The position numbers and the translations under genes were made by a program. A stretch of DNA of 64,000 bases from Nemertoderma westbladi (Eukaryota > Animalia > Xenacoelomorpha): positions 1 to 64,000 of the forward strand of contig JAUCBJ010008517.1 in NCBI GenBank assembly GCA_032718475.1. The letters run 5' to 3'. The notes below the pieces were generated by a model. It had not been told where the DNA came from. It searched no databases and was given only the letters and a program-made list of their open reading frames with translations. Positions 49,501-64,000 of the stretch are shown here, piece by piece (within the stretch, counting starts at the first letter, position 1; the number at the start of each line of letters is the position of its first letter).

Positions 49501-52500
49501 CAATATAGTATAACAAAAGAGAAACAACTCCTCTGTAAAACAAACAATATCATAGAACGAAAGAAAAACAACTCCTCTGTAAAACAAACAATATCGTAGA
49601 ACGAAAGAGAAACAACTCCTCTGTAAAACAAACAATATCGTAGAACGAAAGAGAAACAACTCCTCTGTAAAACAAACAATATCGTAGAATGAAAGAGAAA
49701 CAACTCCTCTGTAAAACAAACAATATCGTAGAACGAAAGAGAAACAACTCCTCTGTAAAACAAACAATATAGTAGAACGAAAGAGAAACAACTCCTCTGT
49801 AAAACAAACAATATCGTAGAACGAAAGAGAAACAACTCCTCTGTAAAACAAACAATATAGTAGAACGAAAGAGAAACAACTCCTCTGTAAAACAAACAAT
49901 ATCGTAGAACGAAAGAGAAACAACTCCTCTGTAAAACAAACAATATCGTAGTATGAAAGAGAAACAACTCCTCTGTAAAACAAACAATATCGTAGAACGA
50001 AAGAAAAACAACTCCTCTGTAAAACAAACAATATCGTAGAACGAAAGAAAAACAACTCCTCTGTAAAACAAACAATATCGTAGAACGACAGAGAAACAAC
50101 TCTGTAAAACAAACAATATCGTAGAACGACAGAGAAACAACTCCTCTGTAAAACAAACAATATCGTAGAACGAAAGAAAAACAACTCCTATGTAAAACAA
50201 ACAATATCGTAGAACAACAGAGAAACAACTCCTCTGTAAAACAAACAATATCGTAGAACGAAAGAGAAACAACTCCTCTGTAAAACAAACAATATCGTAG
50301 AACGAAAGAGAAACAACTCCTCTGTAAAACAAACAATATAGTAGAACGAAAGAAAAACAACTCCTATGTAAAACAAACAATATCGTAGAACGACAGAGAA
50401 ACAACTCCTCTGTAAAACAAACAATATCGTAGAACGAAAGAGAAACAACTCTGTAAAACAAACAATATCGTAGAACGACAGAGAAACAACTCCTCTGTAA
50501 AACAAACAATATCGTAGAACGAAAGAAAAACAACTCCTATGTAAAACAAACAATATCGTAGAACGAAAGAGAAACAACTCCTCTGTAAAACAAACAATAT
50601 CGTAGAACGAAAGAAAAACAACTCCTATGTAAAACAAACAATATCGTAGAACGAAAGAAAAACAACTCCTATGTAAAACAAACAACATAGTAGAACGAAA
50701 GAAAAACAACTCCTATGTAAAACAAACAATATCGTAGAACGACAGAGAAACAACTCCTCTGTAAAACAAACAATATCGTAGAACGAAAGAGAAACAACTC
50801 TGTAAAACAAACAATATCGTAGAACGAAAGAAAAACAACTCCTCTGTAAAACAAACAATATCGTAGAACGAAAGAGAAACAACTCCTCTGTAAAACAAAC
50901 AATATCGTAGAACGAAAAAGAAACAACTCCTCTGTAAAACAAACAATATCGTAGAACGACAGAGAAACAACTCCTCTGTAAAACAAACAATATTGTAGAA
51001 CGAAAGAAAAACAACTCCTCTGTAAAACAAACAATATCGTAGAACGAAAGAGAAACAACTCCTCTGTAAAACAAACAATATCGTAGAACGAAAGAGAAAC
51101 AACTCCTCTGTAAAACAAACAATATCGTAGAACGAAAGAGAAACAACTCCTCTGTAAAACAAACAATATTATAGAAAGAAAGAGAAACAACTCCTCTGTA
51201 AAACAAACAATATCGTAGAACGAAAGAGAAACAACTCCTCTGTAAAACAAACAATATAGTAGAACGAAAGAGAAACAACTCCTCTGTAAAACAAACAATA
51301 TCGTTGAACGAAAGAGAAACAACTCCTCTGTAAAACAAACAATATCGTAGAACGAAAGAGAAACAACTCCTCTGTAAAACAAACAATATCGTAGAACGAA
51401 AGAGAAACAACTCCTCTGTAAAACAAACAATATCGTAGAACGAAAGAGAAACAACTCCTCTGTAAAACAAACAATATAGTAGAACGAAAGAGAAACAACT
51501 CCTCTGTAAAACAAACAATATCGTAGAACGAAAGAGAAACAACTCCTCTGTAAAACAAACAATATCGTTGAATGAAAGAGAAACAACTCCTCTGTAAAAC
51601 AAACAATATCGTAGAACGAAAGAGAAACAACTCCTTTGTAAAACAAACAATATCGTAGAACGAAAGAGAAACAACTCCTCTGTAAAACAAACAATATAGT
51701 AGAACGAAAGAGAAACAACTCCTCTGTAAAACAAACAATATCGTAGAACGAAAGAGAAACAACTCCTCTGTAAAACAAACAATATAGTAGAACGAAAGAG
51801 AAACAACTCCTCTGTAAAACAAACAATATCGTTGAACGAAAGAGAAACAACTCCTCTGTAAAACAAACAATATCGTAGAACGAAAGAGAAATAACTCCTC
51901 TGTAACACAAACAATATCGTAGAACGAAAGAGAAACAACTCCTCTGTAAAACAAACAATATAGTAGAACGAAAGAGAAACAACTCCTCTGTAAAACAAAC
52001 AATATGGTAGAACGAAAGAGAAACAACTCCTCTGTAAAACAAACAATATAGTAGAACAAAAGAGAAACAACTCCTCTGTAAAACAAACAATATCGTAGAA
52101 CGAAAGAAAAACAACTCCTCTGTAAAACAAACAATATCGTAGAACGAAAGAGAAACAACTCCTCTGTAAAACAAACAATATCGTAGAACGAAAGAGAAAC
52201 AACTCCTCTGTAAAACAAACAATATCGTAGAACGAAAGAGAAACAACTCCTCTGTAAAACAAACAATATCGTAGAACGAAAGAGAAACAACTCCTCTGTA
52301 AAACAAACAATATAGTAGAACGAAAGAGAAACAACTCCTCTGTAAAACAAACAATATCGTAGAACGAAAGAGAAACAACTCCTGTAAAACAAACAATATA
52401 GTAGAACGAAAGAGAAACAACTCCTCTGTAAAACAAACAATATCATAGAACGAAAGAGAAACAACTCCTCTGTAAAACAAACAATATCGTAGTATGAAAG

Positions 52501-55500
52501 AGAAACAACTCCTCTGTAAAACAAACAATATCGTAGAACGAAAGAAAAACAACTCCTCTGTAAAACAAACAATATCGTAGAACGACAGAGAAACAACTCT
52601 GTAAAACAAACAATATCGTAGAACGACAGAGAAACAACTCCTCTGTAAAACAAACAATATCGTAGAACGAAAGAAAAACAACTCCTATGTAAAACAAACA
52701 ATATCGTAGAACGACAGAGAAACAACTCCTCTGTAAAACAAACAATATCGTAGAACGAAAAAGAAACAACTCCTCTGTAAAACAAACAATATCGTAGAAC
52801 AAAAGAGAAACAACTCCTCTGTAAAACAAACAATATAGTAGAACGAAAGAAAAACAACTCCTATGTAAAACAAACAATATCGTAGAACGACAGAGAAACA
52901 ACTCCTCTGTAAAACAAACAATATCGTAGAACGAAAGAGAAACAACTCTGTAAAACAAACAATATCGTAGAACGACAGAGAAACAACTCCTCTGTAAAAC
53001 AAACAATATCGTAGAACGAAAGAAAAACAACTCCTATGTAAAACAAACAATATCGTAGAACGAAAGAGAAACAACTCCTCTGTAAAACAAACAATATCGT
53101 AGAACGAAAGAAAAACAACTCCTATGTAAAACAAACAATATCGTAGAACGAAAGAGAAACAACTCTGTAAAACAAACAATATCGTAGAACGAAAGAAAAA
53201 CAACTCCTATGTAAAACAAACAATATCGTAGAACGACAGAGAAACAACTCCTCTGTAAAACAAACAATATCGTAGAACGAAAGAGAAACAACTCTGTAAA
53301 ACAAACAATATCGTAGAACGACAGAGAAACAACTCCTCTGTAAAACAAACAATATCGTAGAACGAAAGAAAAACAACTCCTATGTAAAATAAACAATATC
53401 GTAGAACGAAAGAGAAACAACTCCTCTGTAAAACAAACAATATCGTAGAACGAAAGAAAAACAACTCCTATGTAAAACAAACAATATAGTAGAACGAAAG
53501 AAAAACAACTCCTATGTAAAACAAACAATATCGTAGAACGACAGAGAAACAACTCCTCTGTAAAACAAACAATATCGTAGAACGAAAGAGAAACAACTCT
53601 GTAAAACAAACAATATCGTAGAACGACAGAGAAACAACTCCTCTGTAAAACAAACAATATCGTAGAACGAAAGAAAAACAACTCCTATGTAAAACAAACA
53701 ATATCGTAGAACGACAGAGAAACAACTCCTCTGTAAAGCAAACAATATCGTAGAACGAAAGAAAAACAACTCCTATGTAAAACAAACAATATCGTAGAAC
53801 GACAGAGAAACAACTCCTCTGTAAAACAAACAATATCGTAGAACGAAAGAAAAACAACTCCTCTGTAAAACAAACAATATCGTAGAACGACAGAGAAACA
53901 ACTCCTCTGTAAAACAAACAATATCGTAGAACGAAAGAGAAACAACTCCTCTGTAAAACAAACAATATCGTAGAACGACAGAGAAACAACTCCTCTGTAA
54001 AACAAACAATATCGTAGAATGACAGAGAAACAACTCCTCTGTAAAACAAACAATATCGTAGAACGACAGAAAAACAACTCCTCTGTAAAACAAACAATAT
54101 CGTAGAACGACAGAGAAACAACTCCTCTGTAAAACAAACAATATCGTAGAACGAAAGAAAAACAACTCCTCTGTAAAACAAACAATATCGTAGAACGACA
54201 GAGAAACAACTCCTCTGTAAAACAAACAATATCGTAGAACGAAAGAGAAACAACTCCTCTGTAAAACAAACAATATAGTAGAACGAAAGAGAAACAACTC
54301 CTCTGTAAAACAAACAATATCGTAGAACGAAAGAGAAACAACTCCTCTGTAAAACAAACAATATAGTAGAACGAAAGAGAAACAACTCCTCTGTAAAACA
54401 AACAATATCGTTGTACGAAAGAGAAACAACTCCTCTGTAAAACAAACAATATCGTAGAACGAAAGAGAAATAACTCCTCTGTAACACAAACAATATCGTA
54501 GAACGAAAGAGAAACAACTCCTCTGTAAAACAAACAATATAGTAGAACGAAAGAGAAACAACTCCTCTGTAAAACAAACAATATGGTAGAACGAAAGAGA
54601 AACAACTCCTCTGTAAAACAAACAATATAGTAGAACAAAAGAGAAACAACTCCTCTGTAAAACAAACAATATCGTAGAACGAAAGAAAAACAACTCCTCT
54701 GTAAAACAAACAATATCGTAGAACGAAAGAGAAACAACTCCTCTGTAAAACAAACAATATCGTAGAACGAAAGAAAAACAACTCCTATGTAAAACAAACA
54801 ATATCGTAGAACGACAGAGAAACAACTCCTCTGTAAAGCAAACAATATCGTAGAACGAAAGAAAAACAACTCCTATGTAAAACAAACAATATCGTAGAAC
54901 GACAGAGAAACAACTCCTCTGTAAAACAAACAATATCGTAGAACGAAAGAAAAACAACTCCTCTGTAAAACAAACAATATCGTAGAACGACAGAGAAACA
55001 ACTCCTCTGTAAAACAAACAATATCGTAGAACGAAAGAGAAACAACTCCTCTGTAAAACAAACAATATCGTAGAACGACAGAGAAACAACTCCTCTGTAA
55101 AACAAACAATATCGTAGAATGACAGAGAAACAACTCCTCTGTAAAACAAACAATATCGTAGAACGACAGAAAAACAACTCCTCTGTAAAACAAACAATAT
55201 CGTAGAACGACAGAGAAACAACTCCTCTGTAAAACAAACAATATCGTAGAACGAAAGAAAAACAACTCCTCTGTAAAACAAACAATATCGTAGAACGACA
55301 GAGAAACAACTCCTCTGTAAAACAAACAATATCGTAGAACGAAAGAGAAACAACTCCTCTGTAAAACAAACAATATCGTAGAACGACAGAGAAACAACTC
55401 CTCCGTAAAACAAACAATATTGTAGAACGAAAGAAAAACAACTCCTCTGTAAAACAAACAATATCGTAGAACGAAAGAGAAACAACTCCTCTGTAAAACA

Positions 55501-58500
55501 AACAATATCGTAGAATGAAAAAGAAACAACTCCTCTGTAAAACAAACAATATCGTAGAACGACAGAGAAACAACTCCTCTGTAAAACAAACAATATTGTA
55601 GAACGAAAGAAAAACAACTCCTCTGTAAAACAAACAATATCGTAGAACGAAAGAGAAACAACTCCTCTGTAAAACAAACAATATCGTAGAACGAAAGAGA
55701 AACAACTCCTCTGTAAAACAAACAATATCGTAGAACGAAAGAGAAACAACTCCTCTGTAAAACAAACAATATTATAGAAAGAAAGAGAAACAACTCCTCT
55801 GTAAAACAAACAATATCGTAGAACGAAAGAGAAACAACTCCTCTGTAAAACAAACAATATAGTAGAACGAAAGATAAACAACTCCTCTGTAAAACAAACA
55901 ATATCGTTGAACGAAAGAGAAACAACTCCTCTGTAAAACAAACAATATCGTAGAACGAAAGAGAAACAACTCCTCTGTAAAACAAACAATATCGTAGAAC
56001 GAAAGAGAAACAACTCCTCTGTAAAACAAACAATATCGTAGAACGAAAGGGAAACAACTCCTCTGTAAAACAAACAATATAGTAGAACGAAAGAGAAACA
56101 ACTCCTCTGTAAAACAAACAATATCGTAGAACGAAAGAGAAACAACTCCTCTGTAAAAGAAACAATATCGTTGAATGAAAGAGAAACAACTCCTCTGTAA
56201 AACAAACAATATCGTAGAACGAAAGAGAAACAACTCCTCTGTAAAACAAACAATATCGTAGAACGAAAGAGAAACAACTCCTCTGTAAAACAAACAATAT
56301 AGTAGAACGAAAGAGAAACAACTCCTCTGTAAAACAAACAATATCGTAGAACGAAAGAGAAACAACTCCTCTGTAAAACAAACAATATAGTAGAACGAAA
56401 GAGAAACAACTCCTCTGTAAAACAAACAATATCGTTGTACGAAAGAGAAACAACTCCTCTGTAAAACAAACAATATCGTAGAACGAAAGAGAAATAACTC
56501 CTCTGTAACACAAACAATATCGTAGAACGAAAGAGAAACAACTCCTCTGTAAAACAAACAATATAGTAGAACGAAAGAGAAACAACTCCTCTGTAAAACA
56601 AACAATATGGTAGAACGAAAGAGAAACAACTCCTCTGTAAAACAAACAATATAGTAGAACAAAAGAGAAACAACTCCTCTGTAAAACAAACAATATCGTA
56701 GAACGAAAGAAAAACAACTCCTCTGTAAAACAAACAATATCGTAGAACGAAAGAGAAACAACTCCTCTGTAAAACAAACAATATCGTAGAACGAAAGAGA
56801 AACAACTCCTCTGTAAAACAAACAATATCGTAGAACGAAAGAGAAACAACTCCTCTGTAAAACAAACAATATCGTAGAACGAAAGAGAAACAACTCCTCT
56901 GTAAAACAAACAATATAGTAGAACGAAAGAGAAACAACTCCTCTGTAAAACAAACAATATCGTAGAACGAAAGAGAAACAACTCCTCTGTAAAACAAACA
57001 ATATAGTAGAACGAAAGAGAAACAACTCCTCTGTAAAACAAACAATATCGTAGAACGAAAGAGAAACAACTCCTCTGTAAAACAAACAATATCGTAGTAT
57101 GAAAGAGAAACAACTCCTCTGTAAAACAAACAATATCGTAGAACGAAAGAAAAACAACTCCTCTGTAAAACAAACAATATCGTAGAACGAAAGAAAAACA
57201 ACTCCTCTGTAAAACAAACAATATCGTAGAACGACAGAGAAACAACTCTGTAAAACAAACAATATCGTAGAACGACAGAGAAACAACTCCTCTGTAAAAC
57301 AAACAATATCGTAGAACGAAAGAAAAACAACTCCTATGTAAAACAAACAATATCGTAGAACGACAGAGAAACAACTCCTCTGTAAAACAAACAATATCGT
57401 AGAACGAAAGAGAAACAACTCCTCTGTAAAACAAACAATATCGTAGAACGAAAGAGAAACAACTCCTCTGTAAAACAAACAATATAGTAGAACGAAAGAA
57501 AAACAACTCCTATGTAAAACAAACAATATCGTAGAACGACAGAGAAACAACTCCTCTGTAAAACAAACAATATCGTAGAACAAAAGAGAAACAACTCTGT
57601 AAAACAAACAATATCGTAGAACGACAGAGAAACAACTCCTCTGTAAAACAAACAATATCGTAGAACGAAAGAAAAACAACTCCTATGTAAAACAAACAAT
57701 ATCGTAGAACGAAAGAGAAACAACTCCTCTGTAAAACAAACAATATCGTAGAACGAAAGAAAAACAACTCCTATGTAAATGTAAAACAAACAATATCGTA
57801 GAACGAAAGAAAAACAACTCCTATGTAAAACAAACAACATAGTAGAACGAAAGAAAAACAACTCCTATGTAAAACAAACAATATCGTAGAACGACAGAGA
57901 AACAACTCCTCTGTAAAACAAACAATATCGTAGAACGAAAGAGAAACAACTCTGTAAAACAAACAATATCGTAGAACGAAAGAAAAACAACTCCTCTGTA
58001 AAACAAACAATATCGTAGAACGAAAGAGAAACAACTCCTCTGTAAAACAAACAATATCGTAGAACGAAAAAGAAACAACTCCTCTGTAAAACAAACAATA
58101 TCGTAGAACGACAGAGAAACAACTCCTCTGTAAAACAAACAATATTGTAGAACGAAAGAAAAACAACTCCTCTGTAAAACAAACAATATCGTAGAACGAA
58201 AGAGAAACAACTCCTCTGTAAAACAAACAATATCGTAGAACGAAAGAGAAACAACTCCTCTGTAAAACAAACAATATCGTAGAACGAAAGAGAAACAACT
58301 CCTCTGTAAAACAAACAATATTATAGAAAGAAAGAGAAACAACTCCTCTGTAAAACAAACAATATCGTAGAACGAAAGAGAAACAACTCCTCTGTAAAAC
58401 AAACAATATAGTAGAACGAAAGAGAAACAACTCCTCTGTAAAACAAACAATATCGTTGAACGAAAGAGAAACAACTCCTCTGTAAAACAAACAATATCGT

Positions 58501-61500
58501 AGAACAAAAGAGAAACAACTCCTCTGTAAAACAAACAATATCGTAGAACGAAAGAAAAACAACTCCTCTGTAAAACAAACAATATCGTAGAACGAAAGAG
58601 AAACAACTCCTCTGTAAAACAAACAATATAGTAGAACGAAAGAGAAACAACTCCTCTGTAAAACAAACAATATCGTAGAACGAAAGAGAAACAACTCCTC
58701 TGTAAAACAAACAATATCATTGAATGAAAGAGAAACAACTCCTCTGTAAAACAAACAATATCGTAGAACGAAAGAGAAACAACTCCTCTGTAAAACAAAC
58801 AATATCGTAGAACGAAAGAGAAACAACTCCTCTGTAAAACAAACAATATAGTAGAACGAAAGAGAAACAACTCCTCTGTAAAACAAACAATATCGTAGAA
58901 CGAAAGAGAAACAACTCCTCTGTAAAACAAACAATATAGTAGAACGAAAGAGAAACAACTCCTCTGTAAAACAAACAATATCGTTGAACGAAAGAGAAAC
59001 AACTCCTCTGTAAAACAAACAATATCGTAGAACGAAAGAGAAATAACTCCTCTGTAACACAAACAATATCGTAGAACGAAAGAGAAACAACTCCTCTGTA
59101 AAACAAACAATATAGTAGAACGAAAGAGAAACAACTCCTCTGTAAAACAAACAATATGGTAGAACGAAAGAGAAACAACTCCTCTGTAAAACAAACAATA
59201 TAGTAGAACAAAAGAGAAACAACTCCTCTGTAAAACAAACAATATCGTAGAACGAAAGAAAAACAACTCCTCTGTAAAACAAACAATATCGTAGAACGAA
59301 AGAGAAACAACTCCTCTGTAAAACAAACAATATCGTAGAACGAAAGAGAAACAACTCCTCTGTAAAACAAACAATATCGTAGAACGAAAGAGAAACAACT
59401 CCTCTGTAAAACAAACAATATCGTAGAACGAAAGAGAAACAACTCCTCTGTAAAACAAACAATATAGTAGAACGAAAGAGAAACAACTCCTCTGTAAAAC
59501 AAACAATATCGTAGAACGAAAGAGAAACAACTCCTCTGTAAAACAAACAATATAGTAGAACGAAAGAGAAACAACTCCTCTGTAAAACAAACAATATCGT
59601 AGAACGAAAGAGAAACAACTCCTCTGTAAAACAAACAATATCGTAGTATGAAAGAGAAACAACTCCTCTGTAAAACAAACAATATCGTAGAACGAAAGAA
59701 AAACAACTCCTCTGTAAAACAAACAATATCGTAGAACGAAAGAAAAACAACTCCTCTGTAAAACAAACAATATCGTAGAACGACAGAGAAACAACTCTGT
59801 AAAACAAACAATATCGTAGAACGACAGAGAAACAACTCCTCTGTAAAACAAACAATATCGTAGAACGAAAGAAAAACAACTCCTATGTAAAACAAACAAT
59901 ATCGTAGAACGACAGAGAAACAACTCCTCTGTAAAACAAACAATATCGTAGAACGAAAGAGAAACAACTCCTCTGTAAAACAAACAATATCGTAGAACGA
60001 AAGAGAAACAACTCCTCTGTAAAACAAACAATATAGTAGAACGAAAGAAAAACAACTCCTATGTAAAACAAACAATATCGTAGAACGACAGAGAAACAAC
60101 TCCTCTGTAAAACAAACAATATCGTAGAACGAAAGAGAAACAACTCTGTAAAACAAACAATATCGTAGAACGACAGAGAAACAACTCCTCTGTAAAACAA
60201 ACAATATCGTAGAACGAAAGAAAAACAACTCCTATGTAAAACAAACAATATCGTAGAACGAAAGAGAAACAACTCCTCTGTAAAACAAACAATATCGTAG
60301 AACGAAAGAAAAACAACTCCTATGTAAAACAAACAATATCGTAGAACGAAAGAAAAACAACTCCTATGTAAAACAAACAACATAGTAGAACGAAAGAAAA
60401 ACAACTCCTATGTAAAACAAACAATATCGTAGAACGACAGAGAAACAACTCCTCTGTAAAACAAACAATATCGTAGAACGAAAGAGAAACAACTCTGTAA
60501 AACAAACAATATCGTAGAACGAAAGAAAAACAACTCCTATGTAAAACAAACAATATCGTAGAACGACAGAGAAACAACTCCTCTGTAAAACAAACAATAT
60601 CGTAGAACGAAAGAGAAACAACTCTGTAAAACAAACAATATCGTAGAACGACAGAGAAACAACTCCTCTGTAAAACAAACAATATCGTAGAACAAAAGAA
60701 AAACAACTCCTATGTAAAACAAACAATATCGTAGAACGAAAGAGAAACAACTCCTCTGTAAAACAAACAATATCGTAGAACGAAAGAAAAACAACTCCTA
60801 TGTAAAACAAACAATATAGTAGAACGAAAGAAAAACAACTCCTATGTAAAACAAACAATATCGTAGAACGACAGAGAAACAACTCCTCTGTAAAACAAAC
60901 AATATCGTAGAACGAAAGAGAAACAACTCTGTAAAACAAACAATATCGTAGAACGACAGAGAAACAACTCCTCTGTAAAACAAACAATATCGTAGAACGA
61001 AAGAAAAACAACTCCTATGTAAAACAAACAATATCGTAGAACGACAGAGAAACAACTCCTCTGTAAAACAAACAATATCGTAGAACGAAAGAAAAACAAC
61101 TCCTATGTAAAACAAACAATATCGTAGAACGACAGAGAAACAACTCCTCTGTAAAACAAACAATATCGTAGAACGAAAGAAAAACAACTCCTCTGTAAAA
61201 CAAACAATATCGTAGAACGACAGAGAAACAACTCCTCTGTAAAACAAACAATATCGTAGAATGAAAGAGAAACAACTCCTCTGTAAAACAAACAATATCG
61301 TAGAACGACAGAGAAACAACTCCTCTGTAAAACAAACAATATCGTAGAATGACAGAGAAACAACTCCTCTGTAAAACAAACAATATCGTAGAACGACAGA
61401 AAAACAACTCCTCTGTAAAACAAACAATATCGTAGAACGACAGAGAAACAACTCCTCTGTAAAACAAACAATATCGTAGAACGAAAGAAAAACAACTCCT

Positions 61501-64000
61501 CTGTAAAACAAACAATATCGTAGAACGACAGAGAAACAACTCCTCTGTAAAACAAACAATATCGTAGAACGAAAGAGAAACAACTCCTCTGTAAAACAAA
61601 CAATATCGTAGAACGACAGAGAAACAACTCCTCCGTAAAACAAACAATATTGTAGAACGAAAGAAAAACAACTCCTCTGTAAAACAAACAATATCGTAGA
61701 ACGAAAGAGAAACAACTCCTCTGTAAAACAAACAATATCGTAGAACGAAAAAGAAACAACTCCTCTGTAAAACAAACAATATCGTAGAACGACAGAGAAA
61801 CAACTCCTCTGTAAAACAAACAATATTGTAGAATGAAAGAAAAACAACTCCTCTGTAAAACAAACAATATCGTAGAACGAAAGAGAAACAACTCCTCTGT
61901 AAAACAAACAATATCGTAGAACGAAAGAGAAACAACTCCTCTGTAAAACAAACAATATCGTAGAACGAAAGAGAAACAACTCCTCTGTAAAACAAACAAT
62001 ATTATAGAAAGAAAGAGAAACAACTCCTCTGTAAAACAAACAATATCGTAGAACGAAAGAGAAACAACTCCTCTGTAAAACAAACAATATAGTAGAACGA
62101 AAGAGAAACAACTCCTCTGTAAAACAAACAATATCGTTGAACGAAAGAGAAACAACTCCTCTGTAAAACAAACAATATCGTAGAACGAAAGAGAAACAAC
62201 TCCTCTGTAAAACAAACAATATCGTAGAACGAAAGAGAAACAACTCCTCTGTAAAACAAACAATATCGTAGAACGAAAGAGAAACAACTCCTCTGTAAAA
62301 CAAACAATATAGTAGAACGAAAGAGAAACAACTCCTCTGTAAAACAAACAATATCGTAGAACGAAAGAGAAACAACTCCTCTGTAAAACAAACAATATCG
62401 TTGAACGAAAGAGAAACAACTCCTCTGTAAAACAAACAATATCGTAGAACGAAAGAGAAACAACTCCTCTGTAAAACAAACAATATCGTAGAACGAAAGA
62501 GAAACAACTCCTCTGTAAAACAAACAATATAGTAGAATGAAAGAGAAACAACTCCTCTGTAAAACAAACAATATCGTAGAACGAAAGAGAAACAACTCCT
62601 CTGTAAAACAAACAATATAGTAGAACAAAAGAGAAACAACTCCTCTGTAAAACAAACAATATCGTTGAACGAAAGAGAAACAACTCCTCTGTAAAACAAA
62701 CAATATCGTAGAACGAAAGAGAAACAACTCCTCTGTAAAACAAACAATATCGTAGAACGAAAGAGAAACAACTCCTCTGTAAAACAAACAATATAGTAGA
62801 ACGAAAGAGAAACAACTCCTCTGTAAAACAAACAATATGGTAGAACGAAAGAGAAACAACTCCTCTGTAAAACAAACAATATCGTAGAACGAAAGAGAAA
62901 CAACTCCTCTGTAAAACAAACAATATCATTGAATGAAAGAGAAACAACTCCTCTGTAAAACAAACAATATCGTAGAACGAAAGAGAAACAACTCCTCTGT
63001 AAAACAAACAATATCGTAGAACGAAAGAGAAACAACTCCTCTGTAAAACAAACAATATAGTAGAACGAAAGAGAAACAACTCCTCTGTAAAACAAACAAT
63101 ATCGTAGAACGAAAGAGAAACAACTCCTCTGTAAAACAAACAATATAGTAGAACGAAAGAGAAACAACTCCTCTGTAAAACAAACAATATCGTTGAACGA
63201 AAGAGAAACAACTCCTCTGTAAAACAAACAATATCGTAGAACGAAAGAGAAATAACTCCTCTGTAACACAAACAATATCGTAGAACGAAAGAGAAACAAC
63301 TCCTCTGTAAAACAAACAATATAGTAGAACGAAAGAGAAACAACTCCTCTGTAAAACAAACAATATGGTAGAACGAAAGAGAAACAACTCCTCTGTAAAA
63401 CAAACAATATAGTAGAACAAAAGAGAAACAACTCCTCTGTAAAACAAACAATATCGTAGAACGAAAGAAAAACAACTCCTCTGTAAAACAAACAATATCG
63501 TAGAACGAAAGAGAAACAACTCCTCTGTAAAACAAACAATATCGTAGAACGAAAGAGAAACAACTCCTCTGTAAAACAAACAATATCGTAGAACGAAAGA
63601 GAAACAACTCCTCTGTAAAACAAACAATATCGTAGAACGAAAGAGAAACAACTCCTCTGTAAAACAAACAATATAGTAGAACGAAAGAGAAACAACTCCT
63701 CTGTAAAACAAACAATATCGTAGAACGAAAGAGAAACAACTCCTCTGTAAAACAAACAATATAGTAGAACGAAAGAGAAACAACTCCTCTGTAAAACAAA
63801 CAATATCGTAGAACGAAAGAGAAACAACTCCTCTGTAAAACAAACAATATCGTAGTATGAAAGAGAAACAACTCCTCTGTAAAACAAACAATATCGTAGA
63901 ACGAAAGAAAAACAACTCCTCTGTAAAACAAACAATATCGTAGAACGAAAGAAAAACAACTCCTCTGTAAAACAAACAATATCGTAGAACGACAGAGAAA
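43530..64000 (-). repeat. 44-bp tandem array (>=465 units, runs off the window) made of the splice acceptor plus the first 34 nt of the MIGA exon at 43563
   Basis: Minus-strand unit TGTTTTACAG|AGGAGTTGTTTCTCTTTCGTTCTACGATATTGTT. The last unit continues as CTCGACTTC into unique exon sequence. Confidence 0.97.

Noticed and set aside
43498-63979. Dozens of long minus-strand ORFs (up to 1185 aa) in the 44-bp array
   Set aside because: These are shadow ORFs of a stop-free repeat cycling through three frames. Only the exon-derived GVVSLSFYDIV part is real protein sequence.
23070-64000. CRISPR-array interpretation of the tandem arrays
   Set aside because: The units are head-to-tail with no unique spacers, there are no cas genes, and the context is eukaryotic.
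33619-64000. Recursive-splicing ratchet points in the arrays
   Set aside because: Canonical recursive sites need AG|GT. The units read CAG|AG, CAG|GC or CAG|TC, with no strong donor consensus.

Overview
AT-rich eukaryotic (metazoan, probably invertebrate) genomic DNA with spliceosomal introns and many transposon relics. Three host genes are supported. (1) A type-I membrane CUB/Sushi protein of about 1383 aa on the minus strand, with only two coding exons (10120-7285 and 2770-1455). (2) The last three coding exons of a mitoguardin (MIGA/FAM73) gene on the minus strand (43563-43425, 33648-33469, 31792-31613). (3) An intronless LanC-like gene (41663-42880, +) nested antisense in a MIGA intron. 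The main observation concerns the two giant tandem arrays, 41/42 bp x ~175 (33619-40870) and 44 bp x >=465 (43530-64000). They are not generic satellites. Each unit is a copy of the 3' splice acceptor plus the first 30-34 nt of the adjacent MIGA exon, so two consecutive exons are each preceded by hundreds of copies of their own intron/exon junction. The remainder holds CR1, L2/Crack and RTE LINE fragments, a decayed BEL/Pao pol, tRNA-derived SINEs, several MITEs with visible TIRs/TSDs, and smaller minisatellites. Gene and family assignments rest on recalled motifs, not database searches, and coordinates were counted by hand.
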